Assembly (NCBI RefSeq): GCF_006345805.1
Contig: NW_021832232.1
Location: forward strand, 488,229-552,228
From: Octopus sinensis
Lineage: Eukaryota
DNA: 64,000 nt
Direction: 5' to 3'
Position numbers and translations under genes: made by a program. The notes beneath the pieces were generated by a model. The model was given only the letters and a program-made list of their open reading frames with translations, had not been told where the DNA came from and did not search any database. This document shows, piece after piece, positions 25,736 through 38,260 of this stretch. Position 1 is the first letter of the stretch; the number at the start of each line of letters is the position of its first letter.

Positions 25736-25799
25736 GACCTAGTTATCATTAAAAATTATTAAAATTTACATTTTATTTTATCTAATTAGAATTAGTATT

Positions 25800-25868
25800 A
25801 TGTTTATGATATAATATGTAACCTGGCGGATTGCCAAACTGTTTCCCCGGATAATGGCGATCGAGATT
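25800..25868 (-). mobile_element. Very short CRE 3' stub, same subfamily as 31316-31550
   Basis: cctggcggattgccaaactgtttccccggataatggcgatcgaga is identical to the sequence at about 31334-31378 and shares its 3' flank (ttagtattatgtttatgata). Confidence 0.75.
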
Positions 25869-26421
25869 ACATTATTTCGATTTTAGAGATTTTTTGTAAA
25901 GAGATTTTTTATTAATAATTTTACAGTATAAATGGAATAATTCTTATACGGTTTTGTTAAAAAATAATTTTTTTTCATTGATTTCTATTTTGAAAAAGGA
26001 TCGCCATCAGTTCTTTTTCTTTACTTTATTGAATTGTTTAATTTTTAAAGTATATTCTTTTGAAAAAGCATTTTGAGTCTTTTTTAACATCTGATTCAGA
26101 TAATAAATAATTGCAATTTGATCTTTTGAGCAATATTCCTACTGATGTCTAATAAACATAAAAATAATAAAATTTCTAACTTATGAATATAGAAAGTGGA
26201 GGGATCAGTAATTCTAACTATTTTATTTATACCTACACAGCAAAATTCATTCTTTCGTGAAGTAGAACAAATCCGGACTTTCTAATATTTTGGAAAAAAA
26301 AAATTTAACGACCTTGATGTTAGAGGTCAGTTGTAGATTTTTGTCAAATCTGAATTTATAAATGTGAGGAACGACTATTTCTGACATATATTTTTCGAAA
26401 GAAACTGTTACTTACTAGAAG

Positions 26422-26691
26422 TTAACAAAGCCATTTATCCGAAGTGGACCCCGCCAACATAATTGACGTTGCGTTGCCTCTCACGATAGCAACGGAGATC
26501 AACTGGAGAAGCCACCGGGTCTCACGTGTGTCGTGGCTTTTTAATGTGGTTAAGCGTCCAAGCTTCTTTAGGAAGCGAAGCGATTTCCCACTTATTCCTC
26601 CAGTTGTCTCGACCACAATCGGACAGAACACGAATCGATCTCGCAGCGCCTTTTCGAAAACTGTCAAGCCTGGCGTAGAACTTGACCACAT
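26422..26691 (-). mobile_element. CRE-family 3' stub
   Basis: ORF: FCPIVVETTGGISGKSLRFLKKLGRL..DTRETRWLLQLISVAIVRGNATSIM. Confidence 0.85.
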
Positions 26692-26859
26692 TTCTTACCA
26701 AATAATAAATGATTCGTGAAAATTTCCAGAAAATATAGCCAAATAATAAATGATTCGTAAAACGAAAGGTCAAACTCCCTCTCAATGATAATCTCTTTTA
26801 TATCATAGTATCTACCACATTAGTTGAGTTAATAAAAATTTTAAAAATCTAACGCAAGA

Positions 26860-27305
26860 GATTGCGACGGTACATCCAGTTGAGTTGATAAATTGTCGGG
26901 ACCAATGGAATAAAGGAACTTGTAAGCATCCTCGAACTTTCTCTAAACCTTGGACAAATTCCGATGATCTCGTATAGTTACCATTCTAAAACTAAACAGA
27001 AATACCAAAAACTCAGCATCATACCGACCAATTTCGCTTCTATCAGTTGTTTCAAAGATCATTAAAAGAGTTTTATTGAAAATTATCTACCTCTTCTTCC
27101 ATTTGCAAAATCACAGCATGGTTTTCTCCCACACTATTCCACCACAAGACATCTAACAACCTTAATTTATTTTATTGCAGACAGATTTAACAATTTTAAA
27201 CCTCCTCAAAGAACTATACTCTTGTCGGTCGATCTCAGTAAAGTTTTTGATTTCACCTTTACCCATAAAAAACCCCAAATTTGGAACTACTAACTAACTA
27301 AATAA
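26860..27305 (+). mobile_element. APE-type LINE reverse transcriptase relic ending in a (TAAC)n tract
   Basis: SYRPISLLSVVSKI, QHGF..HYSTT and LSVDLSKVFD (RT domains 1-3), followed by actactaactaactaaataac. Confidence 0.7.
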
Positions 27306-27689
27306 CTTACAAACATATTTACAAATAAAATTTGGAAAGTGAGATTTTAAAAAATATTTTTTGTGGAAAAGATTTTTATAAGTGTGCACTTAAAGGAATT
27401 TATCGATGATCCCCAAATTTTTAATTTTGAATACTTTGCAATGATAAATTTTAAATGAACTTAAATTTTTTTTTGTTTTTTAACTAAAACTTTTTTTTAA
27501 GAAAGAAATTAAAGATAGCAAGTTAATTTATGAGTTATGACTTAAATTTTATGAGTGCAAATAGTTAATCAACAGAATTAAACTGTCAATTATTTTTTTA
27601 ATGTCATATTTCATCAAGAGATAACACCACTGAAGAGAGGATGGACTTACAATTGCCCCAGAGGATGGAAAAAGAAATCATTTAGAATT

Positions 27690-27925
27690 GCCATCTCATC
27701 GCGCGACGGTCGTGGAAACCTTCCGGCACTAAGCTTTCCCGAGAGTTGATGAAGACCATATTAGGCGACGGTCCCGCCGTAAAGACAATTAAGAAGTTAG
27801 CCCAAACAGACCTTCAGACAAACTTCAATTCTGAGGAAATCGTCGTACAGCAAAAGTCCGGTGGAAGGCAAAGGCAACGCTTTTAACCAGTCACTGGAAT
27901 GTCACTCACTTGCCGCATTTATACT
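27690..27925 (-). mobile_element. CRE-family relic
   Basis: HSSDWLKALPLPSTGLLL..FLRI..YGLHQLS..SAGRFPR resembles HSGAWLDALPCPALGNLL..MRIG..GLHPLSCGRSAGRTPR. Confidence 0.7.
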
Positions 27926-28059
27926 TACGAACTGTCGCTAATTAGCCTTTTGATTTTACCTTGAGAAACAACACCCTTGTCAGGGATACGAAATCAAAAA
28001 ATATTCAGATCATTAAGAGTGATGTTTCTTAATCTTTGCTAAAAGACGACAGGGAAGTT

Positions 28060-28266
28060 TTAAAGAAATAGTCTGAAAAAATTTAAATGCACTAAGAGGA
28101 ATAAGGCAAGGGCATAATAACCTCGGACAAAGTGTATAAACACATTCAAGAGATGGCCACGCCGAATGCGATTAAGGGCATTCCGAACATTAATTTTAAA
28201 ATAATTAGAATTTCTGCTGGCTTTTTTAGAATTATTTGTCAAATTTCTGTGTCGCTGCTTCATCAA
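28060..28266 (-). CDS. Possible small single-TM orphan protein (68 aa)
   Basis: Intronless ORF with a basic N-terminus and hydrophobic C-terminus. No family recognised. Confidence 0.25.
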   Translation of the reverse strand: MMKQRHRNLTNNSKKASRNSNYFKINVRNALNRIRRGHLLNVFIHFVRGYYALALFLLVHLNFFRLFL

Positions 28267-28682
28267 AATTAAATTAATTCAAATAAGTTTATGGACTGTA
28301 AAAATTTCTTAATTCAATAAATTCTTGAATATTTGAGGTTAAATCCTAACTTGTATGGAAAAAAGATTGATAAAAAGATTAAGATCTACTTTATTAATTT
28401 TAAATATTATATTTCACTTTGCCATGGTCAAATTTGTGATTAATTGCGTACTGTAAAAAATAATTCATAAATAGATGTACTGTGCTTTCGATCATCACTA
28501 ACATGATTAAAAACTAGTGCCTATAAACATACAACATAATAGTTAAATCTACCTTGATATAGATCAAAAAATCGTTTTTATTTTATAATACTGAAAAATG
28601 TCAATGTTATCCTAAATAATTCTATACAAAAAATAAAATAAATGTTTTAAAGAAAAGAAATATAGTAAAGTTATGTTAGAGA

Positions 28683-31145
28683 TTATTTTGTTAATTCGAA
28701 ATAGTTTAAAAACTTGCAAATATTGCAAGATTTGTACATTAATGTTAGTAACTTAAGAAGAAGTTCAAGCGCAGCAAAAACTGCCAGTCCAGCAGTATAT
28801 CGACTGATAAAATCATTAGAGAGCAACGTCGTGGCAAGTGTTTGCTTGTAAGTAAGTGTCAGCATTGTGAAAATGAATAAAAGAATGGGTGTATAAATAT
28901 ACTTTGTGTAATTTAACGCTATATAAACGTCAATGAAAAAAATAGAAGAATAATTCCAGCGAATAAACTGAGTGCCATTAAAGAAAATTGAAAGTTTGTT
29001 AAAATTGGAATCGAATAAACAAGCAACAAACCCAACGTTAAATGAAACGCAAAACATATCCAGGCAATAATGAGAGACAAACAATTAAGTATAAAATAAA
29101 TGAAAAAACGCTCCACTTTATTCATATTAGGAGAGCTTATCTCAGTTCGATAAAATAGCACTCCAAGCCACAGATAACAAAATATGACAGAAAATACTCC
29201 AACGACAACAGCGCTATAAATGTAAAATTTCCTAAGGCACAAAAACCAAACTAAATAAAATAAATGGCAATAAACTAACCCAGTGAACCCACATTAAATA
29301 TGAATCAAGCACTTTGAGCAAGATTGGAGTTAATTGTGAGAATTATTGAACAGAAATTCTTTTGTTTGTAACACAGTGAGATCATAATACAGTCCCGTCC
29401 AAATGTTAGAGGCACCCTATTTTTTCCCTAAAAAGGCACTTATTTATTATTTTTCGAAAGATTTTAAAGAATAAATTAAGTTTTTAAAAGAAATTAAACA
29501 TTTCCAAAGTTTTTATAAATATTCGACCGATAGTATTCTCAAACTTGAAAACAAAAAATAATTGGTCGCTCATATGTTAGAGGCACTTATGTAAAAAGCA
29601 ATAATTCTATAATTTATTATTATTAATTCTAATAAAAAATTCAAATGCCTCGTGTATCAGCTTATAACAGGTTCTCGTCATCGAAAAATTAAATGTGGCG
29701 AATCTCAGGTGAAAATATCCAAAGATTTGGGAATCTCTCGTTGTGCCATTCAAAAAATTAAAAAGCGATTTTTACACGGATATTTATATAATGATATGCC
29801 AAAAAAGGGAAGGAACAAAAAATTAACCAAAAATGATGAACGCTATCTTATCAGAATGTCAAAATTACACCCAAAAATGACCGCCAACGATCTTCTTATA
29901 TGCTGTAACTTTTCCGGAAAAGTGAGTCTTTCGACAATTAAACGAATTTTGAGACGCAACAATTTATTCGGACGCATTGCAGTGAAAAAACCAAAATTGA
30001 CTGCATCTCAGGTTGATAAAAGATATACATGGTGTCTTACTAAAATTCCGTGGAATCAAGACGACTGGAATTTAGTGATATTTTCTGATGAATGCCGGAT
30101 TCAGTTAAATCAGATGTCTAGACAATACATAAGAAGACCCCCTGGATCAAAATTACAGAAAGAATATTCAATTGAAACTGTGAAATTCCCTTTATCAATT
30201 ACGATATGGGGAGCAATTAAAAGCAATGGGCAAAGATCAATTGTCCTTTGCCGAAAAACAGTCGACTCCGCCGAATATCAACGCGTTATAAAAGAAGGAT
30301 TTGAAAATTTTTATGAAGAAAATTATTTTCTTCAACAAGATGGAGCAAAATGTCATACATCCAAATCCACTAGAGCGTTTATGGCCGAAAACAACATAAA
30401 ACTCATGGAAAAATGGCCAAGTCAATCTCCTGACTTAAATATAATGAAAATCTATGGGTAATTTTAAAAAAAGAAGTTAAAAAATGTGGAGCATCAACGA
30501 TTCAAGAATTATGGAATGAAACAAAGAAGGCCTGAGAAAACATTGATACAGGTGTGGTTATTAAGCTTTTTGAGTCAATTCCAAGAAGAATATCTTCGGT
30601 AGTCATAAATAATGGAGGAATGACTAAATATTAAATTTTTGGATAATTTTGTCTTTCGTTATTGAAATGTGCTTCTAACATATGAACGATGTATTATTTT
30701 GAGTTTCTTAGTAAATACACATTATAAACTAAATGTGCTCAAAAATTTTAGGTTAAGATTTTTTATTCAATAGTTTGTTATTAACAAAAAACTTTTTTCA
30801 AAAAATGACAAATAAGTGCCTTTTTTAGGGAAAAAATAGGGTGCCTCTAACATTTGGACGGGACTGTAAATCCAAGCCAAATTAACTAGTAAAAATTATC
30901 CAAAAGATTTAACTTGTGAAATGTATGTGGTTCCCCACACAAATTCAAATACAAAGTTAGGAGGAGTAATAAAAAGATCGTTTTGAGCAGAAACATTACT
31001 TATTTGGTCGATTCCAGAATTACCTATCGCAAAATTCAATAAAAAATAAACTTGTCGATATGATGTACCCAGAAACAATATTTCCTACGTAAGAGAGCAA
31101 ACACAGAATAAACAAGAAAATCTGAATCCAATCTACGTTAGCCAT
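28683..31145 (-). pseudogene. 8-TM TspO-motif protein, copy 1 (Tc1 inserted in exon 3, plus a -1 frameshift in exon 4)
   Basis: Same 4-exon structure as the intact copies 40892-41869 and 43172-44144. Exon 3 is split at gagatcataa[TA]aatccaagcc by the element 29390-30866. Confidence 0.85.
29390..30866 (+). mobile_element. Full-length Tc1-like transposon (IR/DR-type ends), TA TSD
   Basis: TA|CAGTCCCGTCCAAATGTTAGAGGCACCCTATTTTTTCCCTAAAAAGGCACTTATTT and its inverse at 30866|TA. Inner repeats near 29575 and 30675. ORF 29652-30461 with FSDE, QQDGAKCH, SPDLN; small indels at both ends. Confidence 0.95.
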
Positions 31146-31315
31146 ACTAATCTGAATAAATAAATTAGTCAAAATGTATTCCAACTATGACAACCGTCAA
31201 ATCTATCTATTATTGATATTTATTCCCAGACGATAAGACATTAAAACTATATTTAATTTTTATTTATAAAAAGTATATTTTTTGATAATTAATGATAATT
31301 TAGTTAGTATTATGT

Positions 31316-31550
31316 TTATGATAGATATGTAGCCTGGCGGATTGCCAAACTGTTTCCCCGGATAATGGCGATCGAGAACCGTTGCATTTGCCAGTCCGCC
31401 TCCTGAGAATCATAAGTGCGCATTGAGATTTTGGCTCCGAGCTTGCGAAGGAACTTTTCAGTTTTTGGACCGAGAGCACCAGACGTCTCCGCCGCGATCG
31501 GCATCACGGAAAACTCCTCCGAGAGGGCAGAATATTTTGATAGCTTTAAA
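31316..31550 (-). mobile_element. CRE-family 3' stub
   Basis: PIAAETSGALGPKTEKFLRKLG..DSQEADWQMQRFSIAIIRGNSLAI. Confidence 0.85.
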
Positions 31551-31778
31551 TCTTCAGCCTTCAGATTGAATCTTCAGATTCGTGAAAATTTCCAGAAAAT
31601 ATAGCAGAGATCTTTAGAGTGAAAATCTATACATTCAAGGCATAATCAAATTATTCATTTCTGAGGGAATTGTCTAGTAAATTAAGCAAATCTGTTTGAG
31701 AAACTTGAAACTCAACGTTAATTTTTTTAATGAAATTTATTTAATGAATAAGAGAAATCGTCAAAAAAAATCTAGCTA

Positions 31779-32027
31779 TTATGTACTGGCTCGCAGGATT
31801 GAGTGACAATTCCCGCGTAAAACAGCCAGCGAGATCCTCTGAATAAGGAATATAAATTCCCTCGGATCTCTGGAGCGGTAGATCCACAGGCGGCCAAGTT
31901 TCTTGAGATGAACAAGCGTCTTGGCCACAAAAACACAGGAAGTTTCGACGACAATTGCCCAAAAGCAAAATCGATCGAGTAAATCCTCATATTTCGTTAG
32001 TTTTGCGAATTCGGCCTTTTCGGCCAA
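31779..32027 (-). mobile_element. CRE-family 3' stub (same subfamily as 39610-40220)
   Basis: AEKAEFAKLTKYEDL..FWAIVVETSCVF..DPREFIFLIQRISLAVLRGNCHSIL. Confidence 0.85.
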
Positions 32028-32639
32028 TGTTAATTAAGAATTTAAATTGAAATTTGATTTTCAAATAATTTTTTTCTTATCAAGAAATATTGATCTTCGA
32101 GGTTTTTAACAAGCCTTTTCTTGAAAATTTTTTTCCTGGCAGTGTACAATAATCAAGATAGTTAACAAATCAAATCTTCTAGTAACGAATACATCAAATT
32201 ATTGAACTGTTATCTCTGTTCAATAGATTGGAAGAATAATGAAACAAATCACTTTCAAGATATTTGAAATATAAACACTTCTTTAGTGCCACAAGATATT
32301 TGAAACGATGTTAATTGTTTAATCAAGGGCGCAATTTTTTGCCGGGAAGTGCCTGAGACGATAATTTGATTTTTAAATTTTGAAATATCAAAAGTTTGAA
32401 ATTTTATGTCACATCATAGCTCTTTTGGAACACACTATCTTAAAAATTTGAAAACGAAAAACACGGAATTCATGAAAAGAGGAATACAGGTAGTACCGGT
32501 GTTCATTTCTAACTTGTTTAAATTATTTTGGAGATGTCGATGTGGGTCACCTTTTCGTGAAAATGTTTACGTAGCAACAAATGAGTTGGTCATCTGACTC
32601 GCTCTTGGTGGCTATTGAGCGGGCACAAAGTCGTCACTC

Positions 32640-33900
32640 CCACCCTTGCTTCTGCTCTCTGGTGACATTGAATCAAATCCAGGACTAAAGGATAATGGAC
32701 ATTTTCTCATCATCATGAAACTGTACATTAGTGGCCTTTATCGCAAAATCACACAACTTTCCTCCTTTATGTGCACAAATCAGATTGACATTGCACTTAT
32801 GGCTAACTCCCCTCATTGACTCTTCCAAAAATCAGAGGAAATTCGACTGTTAGAGCTTATTGTAATAATGGAAATGGTGACGGAGGCGTCCTCAATTTTG
32901 TAAAAAAACTCAATCTGTTCACAGACTCAACAGCTGCTACTCGTTCCCTACTAAACCAAGACATACACATCGAACTTACATCAATCATAGTGGATATTAA
33001 TGGCTCTCCGTACATACTGGTGAACATATGCATTTCTCATTGGGTATCTTCCCAACTTATCCGGATCTCCAGCATAAAAAACCCAATTTCGTAGTGATCT
33101 CAATGCAAAGAATTCTTTATGACTTTCTAACAAACCTAAGGATCGAAGAGGCAACCAAGTAATTTCTAATGAATAATTCTCGCTACGATACACGAAATTG
33201 AGTCTCCCTGGTGACTTAAACACCTTTCTAGACCTTACCTTGTTCTGTTAATATATATCTACTATGACCTCCTGGAAGGTCGTTCGTATATGATCTCCCA
33301 TTTGATTACAACCACAGTTGGATTGAAATCAAACTACAATCACCACGGGATATAAAAAAGAACACATTAATATTACAGGCATGGCAGATGGGATGAGTTA
33401 AAAATTCTTCCTAAACTTCGATGCCTCTTTGTTCAAGTTATTGGAATCTGCTGTAGAATTCTTTAAAACTTGCTTTAAAGCAGCATATAAAAAATGTATT
33501 TTTCGAAGGATCATTGAGAACTTATCTCCTGTATTCATAAGCTCATTTACAACATACGTGAACTCAAAAGAAAAGAAAATTGGATGTGACCTATTAAGAG
33601 ATATCACTCACTTGACAATACAATTGCCAAGCTCATTTCACATCAGAAAACTGTAAAATTGAACTCTTTCATCTCGTCTATTAACTTGAGGACAAAACCA
33701 AATCAATTCTGGAGAACACTCCGGGAAATTTGCTCTTTCAAAATCAGACGAATCTTATGAGACATGTCTATCGGAAAAATTCTAAACAATTTCCATCCAT
33801 GCCTAAGTCAACGTACTATTGAATCACTATGCAAAGATTAGTCAAATTCAGAAAACAAAAAACTCTATAAAACGAAAGGTCAGGAAAAAATAATTCATAA
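32640..33900 (+). mobile_element. Degenerate APE-type LINE with a 2A-like motif upstream of the endonuclease
   Basis: LLLLSGDIESNPGL (32646-32687), then LYISGLYRKITQLSSFM..IDIAL, GDGGVLNFVKK, YILVNI, DLNAKNSL: APE motifs, with stops and frameshifts. Confidence 0.7.
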
Positions 33901-34121
33901 ATAGATGTACTGTGCTTTCGATCATTCACTAACATGATTAAAAACTAGTGCCTATAAACATACAACATAATAGTGTAAATCTACCTTTGAATATAGATCA
34001 AAAAATCGTTTTTATTTTATAATACTGAAAAATGTCAATGTTATTCCTAAATAATTCTATACAAAAAATAAAATAAATGTTTTAAAGAAAAAGAAATTAT
34101 TAGTAAAGTTAATGTTAGAGA

Positions 34122-36355
34122 TTATTTTGTTAATTCGAAATAGTTTAAAACTTGCAAATATTGCAAGATTTGTACATTAATGTTAGTAACTTAAGAAGAA
34201 GTTCAAGCGCAGCAAAAACTGCCAGTCCAGCAGTATATCGACTGATAAAATCATTAGAGAGCAACGTCGTGGCAAGTGTTTGCTTGTAAGTAAGTGTCAG
34301 CATTGTGAAAATGAATAAAAGAATTGGTGTATAAATATACTTTGTGTAATTTAACGCTATATAAACGTCAATGAAAAAAATAGAAGAATAATTCCAGCGA
34401 ATAAACTGAGAGCCATTAAAGAAAATTGAAAGTTTGTTAAAATTGGAATCGAATAAACAAGCAACAACCCAACGTTAAATGAAACGCAAAACATATCCAG
34501 GCAATAATAAGAGACAAACAATTAAGTATAAAATAAATGAAAAAACGCTCCACTTTATTCATATTAGGAGAGCTTATCTCAGTTCGATAAAGTAGCACTC
34601 CAAGCCATAAATAACAAAATACAGTCCGACCCCAAAATGGGGCAGACCCCAGGGTGGGGCACCCTCGGATTTTGGGGCACCCCCGCAATTTGGGGCACTT
34701 TATTCCAAAAGTACATTTTGGCAGAAAAAAATAAAAATCGATAAAAAATTATGGAATTTTTGGGGCACCATAAAATCATTTATAAGGAATAAAAATAAAA
34801 TAAAATTATAATAAATTAATTATTTTTGTTTTATTTTTAATTTATATTTTTATTGTTGTGGTTATGGATTACGAAACTAAATTGAAGATTGCTAAAGAAA
34901 TTTTGAAGAAAAATTTATCTGAGAGGCAACTAATGAAAAAGTACAACACAAGTAAAGGAACAATATCAAGAATAAAACGAAATATTGTACCTTTCTTGCA
35001 ACACGGCAATACTATTTCTGAGGAATATGACACATTTAAAGCCGATAAAGATAAATTTGATGATCAAGTCTTTGAAATATTTCAAAGACTACGCGTAGAT
35101 AAAATTCCGATTTCAGGCCCTATTTTGAAAAAAATTGCCTTAGTTACAGCTTCAAAAATTGGATTTACTTCTTTTAAAGCTTCCAATGGGTGGCTTGATA
35201 GATTTAAATTGCGGCATGAACTTCAATTTAAGTCAATATGTGGTGAAAAAGCTTCATGTGATTTATCTTATGTGAAAAATTATTTTGAAAAATATGACCA
35301 GAAAGTATTAAAATATGGACCTGAGAATATATTTAATTGTGATGAAACTGCGCTTTTTATAAAAAGAACTCCTCAAAAATCATTTGTTGAACAAGGCGAA
35401 CCGTGTTTTGGTTATAAACAAGGGAAAGAAAGACTCACTGTTCTTCTATGCTGCAGTTTAATCGGGGAAAAACTTAATCCATTAATTATTGGAAAATATA
35501 AAAAACCTCGGTGTCTAAAAAATTTGATGTTCAAGATGCGAAGACATGAACAATAATGTTTATGATACATATTCAGAAACCGAAAATAGTGAAAATGTCG
35601 TAGCAAAAACAAAAGATCTGCTTAACAATTTAGAAGAAAAAATTTCTAATGTTGCACCAAGTATGCTCCGAGATTTTTTTGATTTTCGGCTGAAATTGAC
35701 GAACAATATCAGACAAAACTCTACAAATAAAAAGAAAATAACTGAATATTTTAGTAAAAATGTTTTTTGATGTTTATTAATGGTTTAATTTTTAAAAAAA
35801 TAACAAACCCCTGTTTTTGGGGCACCCCCGCATTTTGGGGCACTTGGTGCCCCATTTGGGGGTCGGACTGTATGACAGAAAATACTCCAACGACAATGGC
35901 GCTATAAATGTAAAATTTTCTAAGGAACAAATACCAAGCTAAATAAAATAAATGACAATAAACTAACCCAGTGAACCCACATTAAATATGAAGAAAGCAC
36001 TTTGAGCAAGATTGGAGTTAATTGTGAGAATTATTGAACAGAAATTCTTTTGTTTGCAACAAAGTGAGATCATAATAAATCCAAGCCAAATTAACTAGTA
36101 AAAATTATCCAAAAGATTTAACTTGTGAAATGTATGTGGTTCCCCATACAAATTCAAATACAAAGTTAGGAGGGGTAATAAAAAGATCGTTTTGAGCAGA
36201 AACATTACTTATTTGGTCGATTCCAGAATTACCTATCGGAAAATTCAATAAAAAATAAAACTTGTCGATAGGATGTACCCAGAAACAATATTTCCTACGT
36301 AAGAGAGCAAACACAGAATAAACAGGAAAATCTGAATCCAATCTTTGGTTGCCAT
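34122..36355 (-). pseudogene. 8-TM TspO-motif protein, copy 2 (pogo element inserted in exon 4)
   Basis: Near-identical to copy 1. Exon 4 is split at aacaaaa[TA]tgacagaa by the element 34622-35870. ATG at 36355-36353. Confidence 0.85.
34622..35870 (+). mobile_element. pogo/Tigger transposon, internally deleted, TA TSD
   Basis: TA|CAGTCCGACCCCAAAATGGGGCA ... TGCCCCATTTGGGGGTCGGACTG|TA. ORF 34858-35556 has CENP-B HTH, FKASNGWLDRFK, IFNCDETAL, KERLTVLLC; the later DDE part is missing. Confidence 0.95.
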
Positions 36356-36529
36356 GTCTATCTGAATAAATTGGTCAAAATGTATTTTTAAATATGATGA
36401 ACGTAAATCTAAGGAAACACGCTTTTTTATAGATAACTTTAAGTAAAAATTAATAATTTTAATCAATTAAAAATCAATTTTTTATCAGTGCAAATATTTG
36501 GTTTCTAGCCAGGGAGGAGTATTTTTTGC

Positions 36530-36665
36530 GAGCTCCGCGTGTCTTACCGTTGAGCCGGGCTCAGCAACTTCGAGATCAGATTAAGGAGAATGTGTCGGAG
36601 CATGCCGCCTCCCAGATGAGGCATTCCCCGTGATTGAAGGGAAATGTTGTCATGCCATCTGGGCA
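36530..36665 (-). mobile_element. CRE-family REL fragment
   Basis: [25 protein letters not shown] on the minus strand. Confidence 0.75.
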
Positions 36666-36839
36666 CTTTCTGTTTCCGAAAAATAGTATATAGTAAACAT
36701 GAGTAAATTTTGGAATTTTTAAATCTTGTACTTATTGCAAAATATGTAAATTAATGTTCGTAGTTTAACAACAAGTTATACTCTCCTAAAACTAATATTC
36801 CTTCAGTATAGGGACTAATTAAGTTATTCCCCGCCCACG

Positions 36840-37070
36840 GCATTGCAAGATTTTTTGTATGTAAGTGTCAACATTGTATTGAAGGCGAAGAAAATTGTGT
36901 GCAAATAAACTTGGCGTATTTTAACGAAATAATAACGTTTAAAAAAGAGAAAAAAATGTAGGCAGAAGAAAATTACAAATAGTCATCAATTCTATTTTCA
37001 TATTCATATTTTGTTGTTTACACTACGGAATGAACATTGTCTGAAGCAGTAAAAATTTATCTATTTATTT
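36840..37070 (-). pseudogene. Relic of a further 8-TM TspO-motif paralog (exon 4 fragment)
   Basis: Degenerate match: FLNVIISLKYAKFI..MLTLTYK-like, gtaagtgtcaacattg shared with the copies. Confidence 0.5.
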
Positions 37071-37109
37071 TATTAAAACACCAAGACCACGGTAAAAACA
37101 GAACAAACG

Positions 37110-38260
37110 TCACGTGATCTCGATGCACTCAACCAGAGTCCTCATCCTCTCTCGGTGATCTATCCACGAGCCCAACAAGATCGCACCGGGCGGCTGGCAG
37201 CATTTGTCGGGGTATTTGCAAACAGACTGAGGTTCAGCTTGATCAGGTTTTCCAGAGGAGCCGAACTAGAGCGTTTGTTATCGTGCGACCAACGTTGGGT
37301 TAATTTGTGGGCCCTTTGTTTAATCTCCACGATTCTCCTCCTGTTGGACCACGATAACCGCGGACCCCATGATTCGAATAAGCCGATGGCCTCGTCGAGA
37401 GGGCTAAAGTTGTACAGATTGCAATTCTTTAGTTTCGAGTTCAATATCTCCTGGAACGATGGCCAGTTCGCCGCATTGTAGTTGTATGAAACAGGAACTT
37501 TCCTGGTGACAACTTCCCTTTTGATCTTCACCGCGATCGGGTTGTGGTCACTTCTGGTTTCATAGAGGACTGACCACTCCGTAGACGATGCGAGGGAACA
37601 TGAAGAACATAGAGTTATATCGGGTAACGTAGGTTTATCAGTCACTCTGAATGGAGTCTTTATGTTCCTCGAAAAATCGTTCAAAATTGTTAAGGAGTCC
37701 GATTGGGAAAGTAAAGATTTTCCTCTCGTATCCGCCGACTGAGTTGACAGCCAAAGCGGGCGTTTCGTATTGAGGTCCCCGCATAAGATGACCCCGTCGA
37801 TGCGTGCCAGATTAGAGAGAGTTGGGAGGCTATAGCTCCTTGCACAAGAACTGGGAGGTGGAGTGTACATATTGACAAGCCATAATCGTCCCTTTGTTGT
37901 GCCAAGCGAGATCCCGATTAACTCAGAAACCTCATCAGCTTTGATAAGGTTTCTCACTTCAGCGGAGAAGTCTGTGAATTTCAGGTTGTTTCTGATTAAA
38001 GTGAGCAGACCACCACCTCCTTTGCCTTTCCGGTCCAGCCTGATAGCCTTGTAGCCCGGAAATGAAGGCGTGTGATTATTAGGAGCTAGTTTGGTTTATT
38101 GAATCATAGCCACGTTAATTCTCAGGTTAGTCAGGAGTGTGAAGAGTTCTCTGATCTTTCCTTCAATCCCGTTGATGTTTAGCTGGAGAGCCATGAAGAG
38201 TCTTCTACTTCTACGGGCTGCGGATATCTTCCGGGAGAAATCGGTCTTAAGTAGAGTGCG
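37110..38260 (-). mobile_element. APE endonuclease region of a LINE (3'-truncated)
   Basis: LQLNINGIEGK..VAMIQ(E), GGGLLTLI, LVNMYTPP, ILCGDLN, PDITL, RSDHNPI. Confidence 0.9.
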
